From positions 34,410,001-34,474,000 of the forward strand of contig OX597815.1 in the NCBI GenBank assembly GCA_951406725.2: a stretch of 64,000 nt of DNA, in the 5' to 3' direction. This document shows, in pieces, positions 15,105-27,863 of the stretch. The translations under genes were made by a program, and so were the position numbers. The DNA is from Octopus vulgaris (lineage: Eukaryota). Each line of letters starts with the position of its first letter. Position 1 is the stretch's first letter. The notes beneath the pieces were generated by a model. The model had not been told where the DNA came from and ran no database searches. It saw only the letters and a list, made by a program, of their open reading frames with translations.

Positions 15105-16221
15105 ATGTGAGTGCCAATCAATATGTATTCGTTTGCGCGTAGATTCTTTATATCTGTTGGTCTATACCGGGCCGAATAAAAATTAAATTGACTATGGAAC
15201 GATGCACTCTTTCACAGATCAGACTTATTATTTACAATATAGTAAGCAACAGAAATAACAAAGGAACTTGATAAATCTAAATGTTTATGGGTATTTAGGA
15301 TTGGATCAGAGCTCAAAACTGCGAAAGGTATGGGAGTGAGAAAAACGTCATTTGAAAGAATCGATAAAAAAATAAATCTTGAAAACTCATTTGAATAGCA
15401 AGAACATTACGAATGCAGCACATTTGCTGCAACAGCTATAAAATATGGTTGTGTAATATTGAACTAGAAATAGAAATAGAGACATTGTATTACAACACTA
15501 TGTCTCTACAAAAACTAGATCTTCACATATTACACAGCATATTAGACGTTCAATGATCATAAACAGAGAAGGTAACTGAGAGCCACCGCGTGTCAGAGAG
15601 TAGTTTAAGAAGGCTGTAATTGACTTTATGTGCTATTATTTTACAACTGACAAAGAAATCTGTTGCACAGCATTTTTGGATTATGATCGGAAGAATTGTA
15701 GTTCAAATGTTGCAATAAAATACTTTCGTAATTTTCATAGTTAAAATTTAAAAGGTGGTGGAAAATAGACATAAAAATCAAATCGCTAAACAATGATGAA
15801 CAGCCAGTTATAGAGGATTCGTCTTGGAATAATCCTGACAAAAGAACAAAGCCATCAATTATTGAGAAAAAGAAAATTCGATTAATTCAACACACTGGAA
15901 CTTATTGTAATTCTAACTAATTCATGAAAATGCCATTATCATGGGAATAGGACGAGGTCAACGCTTCTTTAACGAGGAAGAGAAAACGGAGATCAATTTG
16001 TTGTGGTTGAAATACATATTCGATGTGCAGCGGGAGGATTTGAACTCTGAAGGAAAAATGACCTAAGAAAATATTGCTTTTCATCTTGTCTGTCACTACC
16101 TAATTCTGCCGTACACCGGTCTTGTGCAGTCGATACTTTTGTGAGATGAATGTCTATCTAAGATAGCTTTGTTTCAACTCGCTAAGATGACGTACTAGAG
16201 GCCAGTACATTTACGTTCATC

Positions 16222-16304
<83 letters not shown>

Positions 16305-17037
16305 ACACACACACTGTTTCTAAGGATGCGAAAATCTGCAAAGGATTATTTATATGGTCATGCATCATGCAAGAAATCGTAACCAAATCCACCTCAAATC
16401 ACTCTCTAATACCCCAGTAACAGAAAGTACTTATAAGAATCTTGTAGTCCTTAAATGCACTATATTTTAAAATACGATGGGATGGTCACAACTGGAACGC
16501 CTGGGACAAAACAACATCAAACACGACACGAAAGTATTTCCTCCTCCTTGAATTATCGGATCATAATTTCCTTACTAATTAACAGACGTATTTGATTATA
16601 AAGCATGCACTGTCTTGACTTGGGAGTCAATAGCCACGTAATTATAAAATGAATGAAATATATTGACACAGATCCATATCAATAAATACGTATGCATCAG
16701 GGCCGGTTACACAAGTGCAGAACTTGTACTAGGCGTTGTAAAATGATCTTCAGATTAAAAACTTGGCTATTTTATAGAATTACTAGCAGTAATATTTGTC
16801 GTTGATCGGGTAATTACTTTTACTCTTCCTAGGGAGGCACATTCAAAGTGTTATTATATATAAAAATTTATTCCTTCTGTATGTGCATATTTTATAAGAA
16901 AGAAAAAACATGTAACAATTGAAGTAGAAAAAAAGATCAATTTCATACACGAACTTCTGTTTGTTTATTATATGACAATAATGAGTGAGCTGTATGTGTT
17001 ATTTTATATGTCAATACAGTAATGGAAATTATATAGT

Positions 17038-17160
17038 ACACAAGGCTTTGGTCGGCACGGAGCTGTAATGAAAGAGAATCGCCCAACGTGCCGCACAGTG
17101 GGACTGAACCCAAGGCGACATGGTTGGAAAGCAAGCTTCTCAACCACACAGCAACACCTA
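17038..17160 (-). mobile_element. SINE family B, head fragment
   Basis: CACAAGGCTTTGGTCGGC...GCAGTGGGACTGAACCC...AACCACACAGC. Confidence 0.75.
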
Positions 17161-17291
17161 TAAAGATAGTTACATCTTGGATAATATACTCCTTGATACA
17201 ATATGCTTAACAAATAGATGGGATGTTTACGGCGAGAAAGACTTTGATTTTAATATTTACTCGAGCAACACAACAACAACGCTACACCATA

Positions 17292-17767
17292 CAGGGTGTT
17301 CCAGAATTATCTGTTTCAATGAAATTGAGCAAATTAAAAAAAAATGGCAGAATTTTATGCTTATTACCAAAACAAATAGATTTATAAATCTTACATCAAA
17401 CTTTTATTGAAAATGTTCAACATGTCTGTATCCCTGCATACTTCAAATCTCTCCTTAGCATTGTGAAACACATTTTGAAGCATTTCAGGAGTTAGCTCCT
17501 GCACTGCTAAGTGAATGTGTTCTTTAAGATCAGCTAAACGGTTACTCCATCTTGGGGATGGAGGTAAAGAAAATGATTGCTGTCAAATTGAAAAAAAGCT
17601 GTCATGGACAAATAAGAGGGGTCCAACAGAAATGAAAATAAAATTATAAACAAAATTCAAAATGTATACACTTTTAACATATTAAACATGATAAATTTAA
17701 ATAAAAGTGAGTTTAAAAATAGATGTATCCGATTTCACTCAAATCATCATTAATTCTGGGACACCCG
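17292..17767 (-). mobile_element. Internally deleted mariner-like DNA transposon
   Basis: TA-flanked TIRs CAGGGTGTTCCAGAATTA / TAATTCTGGGACACCCG; minus strand retains a transposase C-terminus LADLKEHIHLAVQELTPEMLQNVFHNAKERFEVCRDT. Confidence 0.75.
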
Positions 17768-20386
17768 TATTTACTCGTCCGACTAAACTGGGGACGGAAC
17801 ACAGGGACTAATTGCAGGTGGCAAGCGTAGCTTCTGGAAGTGGTCACGCGGTCAAACTCAAATGGCTGTGAGTCACAATAGCAGTTTGTTTTATGTATGA
17901 ACATTATGCATTATATAGTCCAGACATGAATGACATAGAAAGCAGACATGCTGCCGGACCATGCTGCATTGTGCAGGATTGGAAACATCAATAGGGCACT
18001 TCTGGAGAATGGATGAATGGCTTTGTTGTGCCTTTACTCAACCGCACACACACGCACATGGCCCGGTGGTGTGCGGGATGGTAACATGAAGCATCATCAG
18101 GGCTCCGACAAAAATTTTAATGTTCTTCTCATTTCCTCTGCCAAATTGGACAAAAAGGTTTTCATGAAATATTATGCACTACTTATAATGCATAAGTAGT
18201 GTCAATATTTTATCGTCGGAAAATGGCCTAAAGCAAAGATAAAACCCAGTGCAGTATACTCAAATCTGATTAATCTGCATTTTTGGAGGCCCAATGTCGA
18301 TGTCGGAATTTAATTTTTAGTCAACAGCAATTCAAGGAGCCTGATTAATATTTGTTGCAAATTTGGAGGGAAATGACTGGATGCTCTTCAAGTTACGGGC
18401 TTTGACGCTGCGAAAATGCTTTAAAATGCGGTTTATCTGCCCCTAGGCCTGCATTAGGCAAGAAGTTGAAATTTGTTTTTGCCTGTGACATTCCATGGAC
18501 CCTATGTAATGCATGTGTAAAATTTCATTAAAATCGGTAAGGTGGATCTCGAGTTTTAACGACATGACAACCACACAGACAGACACACATCCTGTGTTTT
18601 ATATAGATAGCTAATTACTTTTATAGATACAACTATTTTTTGAATGACCAGTCTGTAGACATCAGTCAGCACATAGGGAGGGACATAAGCTGGTAGACCA
18701 ACGTATATAGATCAGCCAGCACGTGGAGAGAGTACATATGTTAACTGCCAATGTTTTATTAGATTTGAAGAGTCGAACGGTAATTATTTTTATGAATCCA
18801 GTTTTGTGTACATGAGTGGTGTGTGTGTGTGTGTGTGTGTGTATGTGTCTAAATAGATAGATAGATCAGGTAGCACAAGGGCAAGTGAAATAAATACGGG
18901 GATTCTACTATTTGTTATTCGTATTAATCAGCTAGCAGACATGTTTGAGAGGGAAGGTTAATCTTTCTGAAAGATGGCTTAGAAATTTGGCAGGAAGCCA
19001 GTCGATTAGATCAACCCCAGTACGCAACTGGTACTTAATTCATCGACCGCTAAGCATTTCGCCCGGCGAGCTAAATAAAATAAGGTTATATTAACAGACG
19101 CTTATCTACTTATAAACGTTATTTTATCATAATTTTCAAAGATAAAATTTTCCATAAAATTACCACGTTAATACTTAGTCATAATTTTCAATGATAAAAA
19201 TTTCCATAAATTCGACAGTTCTTTTGAGGTAAACTTTGAGAACCTGCACGAAGAATTTTTTTCTTCTTCTTTACAATTGAATACTTCCGTTATGTAATAC
19301 TTTCAGTTCTTTGTCGTTGTGTCATAAACGTAAAACTTGATTTTTTTAAAATTAAGCATTCGAATTTCATGATAAAATACATATCAATCGCTACAATGTG
19401 AAAATGAATTCTATTACAGAGAATAAGTAGCTATCAACGTGAAATCGAGTGAATGCCAGCTTAATCGTTTGTATAAATTCTCTGTAACAATAACCATGGC
19501 GAAACTTAGATGACTCTTTTTTTTAACCCATGTTAGTGTTTGAAAACTTGTGCTACAGTTTTGCTAAGGTGAAAATTGAAATAATACTTTCTGATTCGGG
19601 CACAAGGACAGCAAATTTGAGGAAAGGCCATCAGCCTCAGTTCATGGCAAGTACAGTCGCACACACAAAGACACACACACACACACACACATACACACAG
19701 ACACACACACGTGCACTTGTATACGAGGCGCTGTCACACAAATTCCGTCGACCAAATGCACTCACAAAGCATTAGTCGACCCGGGACTGTATTTGAAGAC
19801 CATCGCCAAGGTGCTGTGCAGAGGGACTGAACCCGAAACCATATGGCTGCGAAACGAGTTTCTTAACCTCGCAGCGACGCTTGTGCGTAAGCATTGGATC
19901 AGCCTTTAAAAATCTGTATAAAAAGTTGGAGTGCAGAAATACAAAATTGGAGTTATTAGCTTGTAAGTATTTAACTTCAAGTGGACTGGATCTGGTAAGT
20001 ATTACGAGCTGAAGATAGTAAAGTGGTGATGGACCTCCGTCGTTCGATGGATGAGGATTCACTTGTTCGATCAACTAATTTATCTGCTTCGGAACTAACA
20101 TGTAAGTGGTCAAAGCAGTCCACACACAGGTGTACCCTTAACGTAATTCATAGACTAAGTCAGCGTGACATATGTGACAAGGATTTACCTTCCGAATTCC
20201 AGGTACAATTCACCTGACAGGGTTCTTTGAAGTTTTCGTCACTCAGAAGATATGGGTCGACCTGAAGTTGTAAAAAAAATGACATATTTGCCCAAGACAT
20301 CGAACAGCAGGATCGAACCCGGATCTCGTGGTTGCGAGGTTGACTTCTTAACCATGCTTAAATAGAATAGTGCAATAGTACTAATG

Positions 20387-20809
20387 GGATCTTTTCGGCT
20401 TGAACGGCAGTTCTTAACATAATTTCTAGGTAACTAAAAAAGTTTAAACTTCGTATACTGGTAGAATGTGTTTATAAAACATCTTTTTCTCTTGGCTTTA
20501 TTGAGAAAATTCTATGGTTTGTAAGATATTTGTTGTTGTTTTTTTCGTCAATTTCTGCAATTTCAACTAATCAGTGACGTCTATTGAGGTAAAAAACATT
20601 CTGTGCCGTATGAATATGTCCCACGTTTAAGAAACAGATTGGGTTTAATTACATTTGTGAAGAAAAAAAGATACCCTTCCCCCCACCTAACCCTAACCCT
20701 AACCCTAAAACAAATTGAAATGCAATAGATCGATACTAGGGTCATAATTATGGGTGACAATTTCATATGACACCGCTAGAAAAAACTGCCGTTCAAACCG
20801 AAAAGATCC
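20387..20809. mobile_element. MITE with 24-bp TIRs and perfect 8-bp TSD (Merlin-like), carrying (CCCTAA)n
   Basis: TIR GGATCTTTTCGG(C/T)TTGAACGGCAG; TSD TACTAATG at 20379-20386 and 20810-20817; telomere-type repeat at 20686-20708. Confidence 0.88.
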
Positions 20810-21445
20810 TACTAATGTATTTAGTGCAGGATTTCTGAAAATGCGGGGCCTGTCTTGTATGCTACTGTTGTTTTGGGGTTAATTCGACACTGATTTTAAT
20901 GTGAAAACACATGGGCCACAAATAGCATTAAGTGTCTTGTTTAAGTGACACAGTGAACTGTCTGACATATCTGGAACAATTTCATATTGTTGGAGCCACC
21001 TGAAACGTAAGTAAGATATCGGTCAAATGATTTTTCGAAATAAGCTTTTGTAAATCTGACAACATACAGTTTAAATGTCTTCTTATATTAAACCAACCAT
21101 CTTTCACGTAAACAACTCACAAACGCCATTATTTCAGTTACTCGACCAACTTAGTGGCAGTAGTATGGGGAGGAGGAAGAGGGAAGGAAGAGGGGAGTAA
21201 TAAATTATGAGCAGGGCAATAGTCATCATAGGACCAAGAGCATGAGTAAAACTAAGATGAAGATAAAGAAAAAGAAAACGAAAACAATAGAAGTGAAAGA
21301 AATTATGAGGAAGAAGTTATGAAGCGAAAAATGCTTTCGCGGCTGTGTGGTTAAAATGTTTACTTCCGAACTCTGTGGTTACGGGTTTGATCCCAGTCTA
21401 CAGCACGTTGAACAAATCTCTTTTACCATTAACCTTGATGATTTG

Positions 21446-21830
21446 TGGAGGCGCAATGGCCCAGTGGTTAGGGCATCGGACTCGCGGTCATAGGATTGCG
21501 GTTTCGATTCCCAGACCAGGCGTTGTAAGTGTTTTATTGAGCGAAAACACCTAAAGCTCCACGAGGCTCCGGCAGGGGATGGTGGTGATCCCTGCTGTAC
21601 ACTTTCACCACAACTTTCTCTCACTCTTACTTCCTGTTTCTGTTGTACCTGTATTTCAAAGGGCTAGCCTTGTCACTCTCTGTGTCACGCTGAATATCCC
21701 CGAGAACTACGTTAAGGGTGCGCGTGTCTGTGGAGTGCTCAGCCACTTACACGTTAATTTCACGAGCAGGCTGTTCCGTTGATTCGGATCAACCGGAACC
21801 CTCGTCGTCGTAACCGACGGAGTGCTTCCA
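21446..21830 (+). mobile_element. tRNA-derived SINE, family C, full length
   Basis: A box TGGCCCAGTGG, B-box-like GTTTCGATTCC, 3' tail CCCTCGTCGTCGTAACCGACGGAGTGC shared with 23801-24300 and about 20030-20350. Confidence 0.85.
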
Positions 21831-22663
21831 TCCCATAAGATGTTTTGTATTGTTTCCAATACATATTTGGTAGTCGGAGAACGAATGAAACTCCTCAGAA
21901 GGCCCCGTTATTGTTTTAAGGTACCATATTTTATGGCATAGAAGACGCACGAGCGCATGAGACGAACCCAAATTTCAGCAGCGTATATTTTAAAAATAAT
22001 GGTTTATTTGTGCATTAAAGAATATAATATAAGCCTAATTTTGCATATAGCACTAGGGCGGGGGGGTTCTGAGACATTTTGCCAGGAAAAGTGCATTTTA
22101 TACGACGTTTAAGTCGAATATACGTGACCCGCCGTCCTAGGACAAGGCGGATGTCTTGGGTGGAGTTGATTCTATTGTAAGCATTTGGATCAGGTCCCCA
22201 GTTTGAGGACAATATCACCTTTTGCTTTTCATCAGTTACGGCCCCGGGAAAGGAAGCATGTACGCACGTTGCCATTCTTCTCCTGAAGAACATCATCAAA
22301 AAAACAAAAAAAAAAAACATTTATAAGTCAACATGGGAGACATTACGCAGTGGCTACAGCTACTAGAAATAGCAGCTATCGTCTTATATAAGTATAGCAG
22401 ACATTAGAGTTCTGTCCTCATATATGACACATGACGGAATGCCATCTTAGGTCAACTTGATCAGGACAGACCTGGAGCTAAACAACATCAGTTCAATCAT
22501 CATCATCATCAGCTACTACTACAAATTCTGCTGCTACTACTACTAGAGAAATAGTGGAAAGAGAGACGATGATGGTGATCGTGGTGGTGTGGTGGTGGCA
22601 ATAGTGGTAGTAAAAATGAAGATGCAGATGATGGTGAACATGACGAGATATATATATATATAT

Positions 22664-22999
22664 TAGTAGTACCTCGGTTTTCGAACAACTCTCATCTCAA
22701 ATAAATCTTGCTTTATCTCCTGTCTTTCTCATATTCATTTAATACAGTAGTACCTCGGTTTACGAACGTCTCTGGTCACAAATAAATGGTGCTTTATATA
22801 TATCTATATCAATATCCCCTCTCTCTCTTTCGGAGAGGCACAAGCACCTACACGCACATATACACACACGGCAGTAACTTCCACCTACCGAATTCAATCA
22901 CAAAGCTCCGGTCAGCTCGGGGCTATAGTGGAAGACACCTACCCAAAGTGCCACGCAGTGGGACTGAACCCGAAACCATATAGCTAGGAAGCAAGCTCC

Positions 23000-23036
<37 letters not shown>

Positions 23037-23382
23037 AATACGCCAGCTAAACTTGTTGTACTGTTTATTAGTCGTAAGACACCCGCTGTTTTTGTCCTGT
23101 TTTTACCATTATTGTTTTTTGTATTTTATATTCGTGTGGCATCGTCCGTTTTTCTGTCCCTGTTTCGTATACATTCGATCCTTCTTCCAAGAAATCTAAT
23201 GCTCGTAGCTTAGTTTTTCCTTGGGGCTGGCCGGATCGGAGCGATCTCAAGATTAATCAGCCGAAATTGCTAGGATGATCCGGTTCTTGACTGAAGGTTG
23301 AAGGCTTCGAATGTCCCGTCCGTGTTTTTTGTATCGTCTTCTAAATGTTTTACGTTCTTGTCCCAGTTTGTATTTTCTACAC

Positions 23383-23481
<99 letters not shown>

Positions 23482-23525
23482 CACAATTTACTCGTGATCA
23501 GAGTTGTTCGAAAACCGAGGTACTA

Positions 23526-23528
<3 letters not shown>
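22664..23528. mobile_element. Tigger-like MITE (duplicated left TIR) with nested SINE B fragment, an unclassified repeat and microsatellites
   Basis: TIR (C)AGTAGTACCTCGGTTT(T/A)CGAAC at about 22664 and 22745; inverted GTTCGAAAACCGAGGTACTACTG followed by TA at about 23506-23528. Confidence 0.7.
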
Positions 23529-23564
<36 letters not shown>

Positions 23565-23650
23565 AAATTTACAGAAAAAACGAAAGTCAAAGACAGGTGT
23601 GTAAACAACAAGCAGGTGTATTAGTTTGTCGCTCGGGAAGGTGAGAAAGT

Positions 23651-23684
23651 CTTTTACGTTTCGACCCCGCTCTTCAACAGAAAG
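23651..23684 (-). ncRNA. Minimal hammerhead-like motif (CUGUUGA variant) in a Penelope-like terminus (about 23560-23745) abutting (TA)n
   Basis: Minus strand CTTT-CTGTTGA-A-GAGCgggGTC-GAAA-CG-TA-AAAG; homologous to 56664-56699. Confidence 0.55.
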
Positions 23685-23800
23685 GAACACGAGGAAATAA
23701 GCAGAGAATTAAAAAAAAAAACTTGTGGATTTAGCGGTCAATCAATATATGAAGACCATGATGATAGTGATGGTGTTCATTAAAAGGCTAAAAAAAAGCT

Positions 23801-24300
23801 AGCACTCCGTCGGTTAGGACGACGAGGGTTCCAGTTGATCAGATCGACGGAACGGCTTGCTCGCGAAATTAACGTTTAAGTGGCTGAGAACTCCATAGAC
23901 ACACATACCCTTAACGTGGTACTCAGGGAAATTCAGCGTGACAAAGAATGTCACAAGGTTGGCGTTTTGAAAGACAGATACTACTCATTGTTCTTTTCTA
24001 CTTTAGGCACAAGTCCCGAAATTTTTTTTTTGGGGGGGGGGGTCAGTCGATTAGTACTTAACTTGGTACTTAACTTATCGATCCCGAAAGGAAGAAAGAC
24101 AAAGTCTACCTTGGCGGAATTTGAACTCAGAACGTAGAGACAGATGAAATACCGTAAAGGTTACTCATTATTGCCAGCTGATTCGGATGGAACAACGTGA
24201 AATAAAGTTTCTTGCTCAAGGGCACAAAGCACCGCCGGGAATCGAACTCACGACCTTACGATCGTGAGCCGATTACCCTAACAACTGAGCCACGCGCCTT
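23801..24300 (-). mobile_element. SINE family C-related copy with a nested SINE A (about 23995-24158)
   Basis: Reverse complement of the family C tail and tRNA-like head; CAGGT/TACTCATT-type duplication around the inner SINE. Confidence 0.75.
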
Positions 24301-24489
24301 TATTTGGTGATGATTGTCCAAGTGATCATAGTATAAAACAAGGACTAACGAGGGCAGTGGTGGTAGTGGTCGTTGTGGTGGTCGTCGTGTGGGGAATGAG
24401 GTCTTGGTGGCGATGTTGGGGGTAGTGGTGTTAGTGTCGTGTTCTTGTTTGTGATGGCGGTGTTATTGGTGGTGGTGGTGGTGGCGGTG

Positions 24490-25093
24490 GCGGCGAGCTG
24501 GCAGAAACGTTAGCACGCCGAGCGAAATGCTAAGCGGTATTTCGTCTGCGTTACGTTGTGAGTTCAAATTCCGCCGAGGTCGACTTTGCCTTTCATCCTT
24601 TCGGGGTCGATAAATTAAGTACCAGTTACGCACTGGGGTTGATGTAATCGACTTAATACCTATATCTGTCTTTGTTTGTCCCCTCTGTGTTTAGCCCCTT
24701 GTGGGTAATAAAGAAATAGGTATTTCGTCTGCCGTTACGTTCTGAGTTCAAATTCCGCCGAGGTCGACTTTGCCTTTCATCCTTTCGGGGTCGATAAATT
24801 AAAGTACCAGTTACGCACTGGGGTCGATGTAATCGACTTAATACCTATATCTGTCTTTGTTTGTCCCCTCTATGTTTAGCCCCTTGTGGGTAATAAAGAA
24901 ATAGAAATAGGTATTTCGTCTGCGTTACGTTGTGAGTTCAAATTCCGCCGAGGTCGACTTTGCCTTTCATCCTTTCGGGGTCGATAAATTAAGTACCAGT
25001 TACGCACTGGGGTCGATGTAATCGACTTAATACCTATGTCTGTCCTTGTTTGTTCCCTCTGTGTTTAGCCCCTTGTGGGTAATAAAGAAATAG
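24490..25093 (+). mobile_element. SINE family A head plus three tandem ~190-bp body units
   Basis: Unit GTATTTCGTCTGC...GTGGGTAATAAAGAAATAG repeated three times. Confidence 0.9.
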
Positions 25094-25464
25094 GTGGTGG
25101 TAAAATTGGTGATAAAGATGATGATGGTGATGATGGTTTGGTAATGGTTGACATAGTCATGATAGTGATAATGATGGTTATGACGATGGTTATGGTGATG
25201 CTGGTGATGCAGATGATATTGGTGGTGATGTTGGTGGTGGTGTTGGTGGTTAGCAATGTTGTGGTGGCAAATGAAGGAAGTTGAGAAAGTCTACTGCTAT
25301 AACAATACTTCTACCACCAGCATTACTTGCACTGCTACTATCATTATACTACTACTACTGCTGCTGCTGCTGCCGCTTCTACTACCACTTCTGCTGCTGC
25401 TACTGCTGCTGCAATGACTCCGCTATCGCTACTCGTACTATGCATGGTATTATAACTACTACTG

Positions 25465-25558
<94 letters not shown>

Positions 25559-26325
25559 AACGGTTGCAGTTTCTACAACTGCCACTACTACGACTACTAC
25601 TCCGGCTGCTGCAGTTAATACTATTGCTGCTACTCCTACTACAGCTGCAGTTGTTCAGGTTGCTGTTGTTACTACTACTACAACTACTACTACTACTACC
25701 ACTATAACAGCCACTACCACCACCGCCACTACTATTACTACAATTACTACTACTATTATAACAGCCACTACCACCACCGCCACTACTACTACAACTACTA
25801 CAACTATAACAGCCACTACAACCACCACCACTACTACTACCACTACTACAACTACTACTATTACTGCAACTACTACTACTACTACTACTATAACAGCCAC
25901 TACCACCACCTCCACCTCTATCTATTACTACTACTACTACTACTACTTCTACTACGACTGCCACTACCACCACAGCCACTACTACTACAACTACTACGAC
26001 TACTACTATAACAGCCACTACCACCACCTCCACCTCTATCTATTACTACTACTACTACTACTACTACGACTGCCACTACCACCACAGCCACTACTACTAC
26101 AACTACTACGACTACTACTATAACAGCCACTACCACCACCGCTACTACTACTACTACAACTACTACTACTACTGTTGCTGCTGCTGCTGCTGATGATGAT
26201 GATGATGTTACTGTTATTGTTGCTGCTACTAGTACAACTACTACTACAACCACGATTACAACTATAACAATAACAATCAGCAACACAACGACGACAACTG
26301 CCACCACCATCACCTCCACCTCTAT

Positions 26326-26407
<82 letters not shown>

Positions 26408-27103
26408 GACTACTACTACTACTACTGATGATGATGATGATGATGATGATGATGTTATGGCTGGGAATATATTTTAAAGATTCCTTTTGGCAGTAGTCCT
26501 GTGACTGTTGTTGTTGATGTTATTGTTGTACTAATGGCGTTGGTGGCGTAACACTATTGTTGTTGTTGTTGGTGGTGGTGGTCGCGATGATAGTCGCTGT
26601 CTTGATAATGATGTATTTTCAATATAATTGTTGCTGTTTGACCATGCTTTCGTCGGTTCTGTTGTTGTTATTGTAACATGAGTATTGTTATTGTACTTTT
26701 GGTTGTTGTTGTTGTTGTTGTTGCTGCTGCTGCTGCTGCTGTCGGAAGTGGTAGCGTCGTTGTATCTTGGTTGCTGTTGTGGCTAGTGCTGTAGTTCTAC
26801 TGTTGTTGCTGTCTGCGGCTATTGTTATTGTTGCTGCTGTTGTTGTTGTTGTTGTTGTTGTTGATGGTGGTGGTGGTGTTATTGCAGCAGCAGCAGCTGC
26901 TACTGCTGCTGCTGTCACTGTTGTTTATGTTAAACGTTTACTGCGATTGTTGTTAACATTTCTATTATTGTAGACAGAGCGAAGCAGAAGAAGAAGAAGA
27001 AGAAGAAGAAGAAGAAGAAGAAGAAGAAGAAGAAGAAGAAGAAGAAGAAGAAGAAGAGCAGGAAGAGGAAGAAGAAGAAGAAGAAGAGTAGGAGCAGGGG
27101 GAA

Positions 27104-27138
<35 letters not shown>

Positions 27139-27166
27139 AGAAGAAGAAGAAGAGGAGGAGGAAGAA

Positions 27167-27201
<35 letters not shown>

Positions 27202-27303
27202 AGAAGAAGAAGAAGAAGAAGAAGAAGAAGAAAACCACTTTTTCTTGCTATGAATGCTGTACATCTATCACTATGGCGACCACCACTACAACCGCCACAC
27301 CGT

Positions 27304-27370
<67 letters not shown>

Positions 27371-27372
27371 GT
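25094..27372. repeat. 2.3-kb compound trinucleotide field (GGT/CTA/CTG/GTT/GAA) with higher-order ACTATAACAGCCACTACCACCACC units
   Basis: Directly visible; ~120-bp internal duplication near 25890-26135. Confidence 0.9.
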
Positions 27373-27619
27373 TGTAGTTTCTGGTATTTACATTGCCGTT
27401 GCATATACTAATGTGTTTTTACGAACAATTTCTGCTATTGGTCACATGTGTCCAACATGGATCGAACTTGTCTCCAGCATGTTGGAATCAATACAAAGCA
27501 ACAAATAAGAAACTGGCATTTTCATTGAGTAAATAGGTCAGATCATTAACGACTTCTAATTTAGCACAAGGTGACCAATTTGATGAGAAGGACGTTAGTG
27601 GATGCCATCAACCTTCGTA

Positions 27620-27863
27620 GGATGAAGATCCTTGCCGAGTTATACTGACTCCCCGGGGCCGGTTTCCTGGCGTATATATTCCCCACCTGGACAGGACGCT
27701 GGTCCGTCACAGGATTACTCCTTTTTGCCAGATGTGTGGACTGGAGTAACGTGAAATGAAGTGTTTTGCTCAAGAACACAACACATCGCTCGGTTCAGGA
27801 ATCGAAACCATAATCTTACGATCATGAGTCCAGCACCTTAATCACTAAGCCACGTGCATCCAC
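27620..27863 (-). mobile_element. tRNA-derived SINE sharing head and core with family C
   Basis: Minus strand GTGGCTTAGTGATTAAGG...GGTTTCGATTCC...TTCTTGAGCAAAACACTTCATTTCACG. Confidence 0.7.

Larger units (their letters stand above)
16783..18607 (-). mobile_element. Putative Helitron/DINE-like element containing nested insertions
   Basis: Minus-strand 5' TCTATATAAAACACAGGATGTGTGTCTGTCTG...ACCGATTTTAATGAAATTT; 3' CCCGATCAACGACAAA..CTGCTAG followed by T; pairing of the two ends is inferred. Confidence 0.5.

Noticed and set aside
20686-20708. Telomere or chromosome-fusion scar
   Set aside because: Only about 4 units, internal to a TIR- and TSD-bounded MITE
21446-21520. tRNA gene
   Set aside because: A and B boxes are present, but it continues into a SINE body and tail and lacks a proper acceptor stem
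23235-23320. Possible further hammerhead (GAAA and CTGAAG-like words) in an unclassified repeat
   Set aside because: Core and stems could not be assembled without several assumed mutations
25281-26123. 280-aa Thr-rich mucin-like ORF
   Set aside because: Made entirely of trinucleotide repeats, drifts into Tyr/Leu frames, and has no ATG start, splice signals or domain
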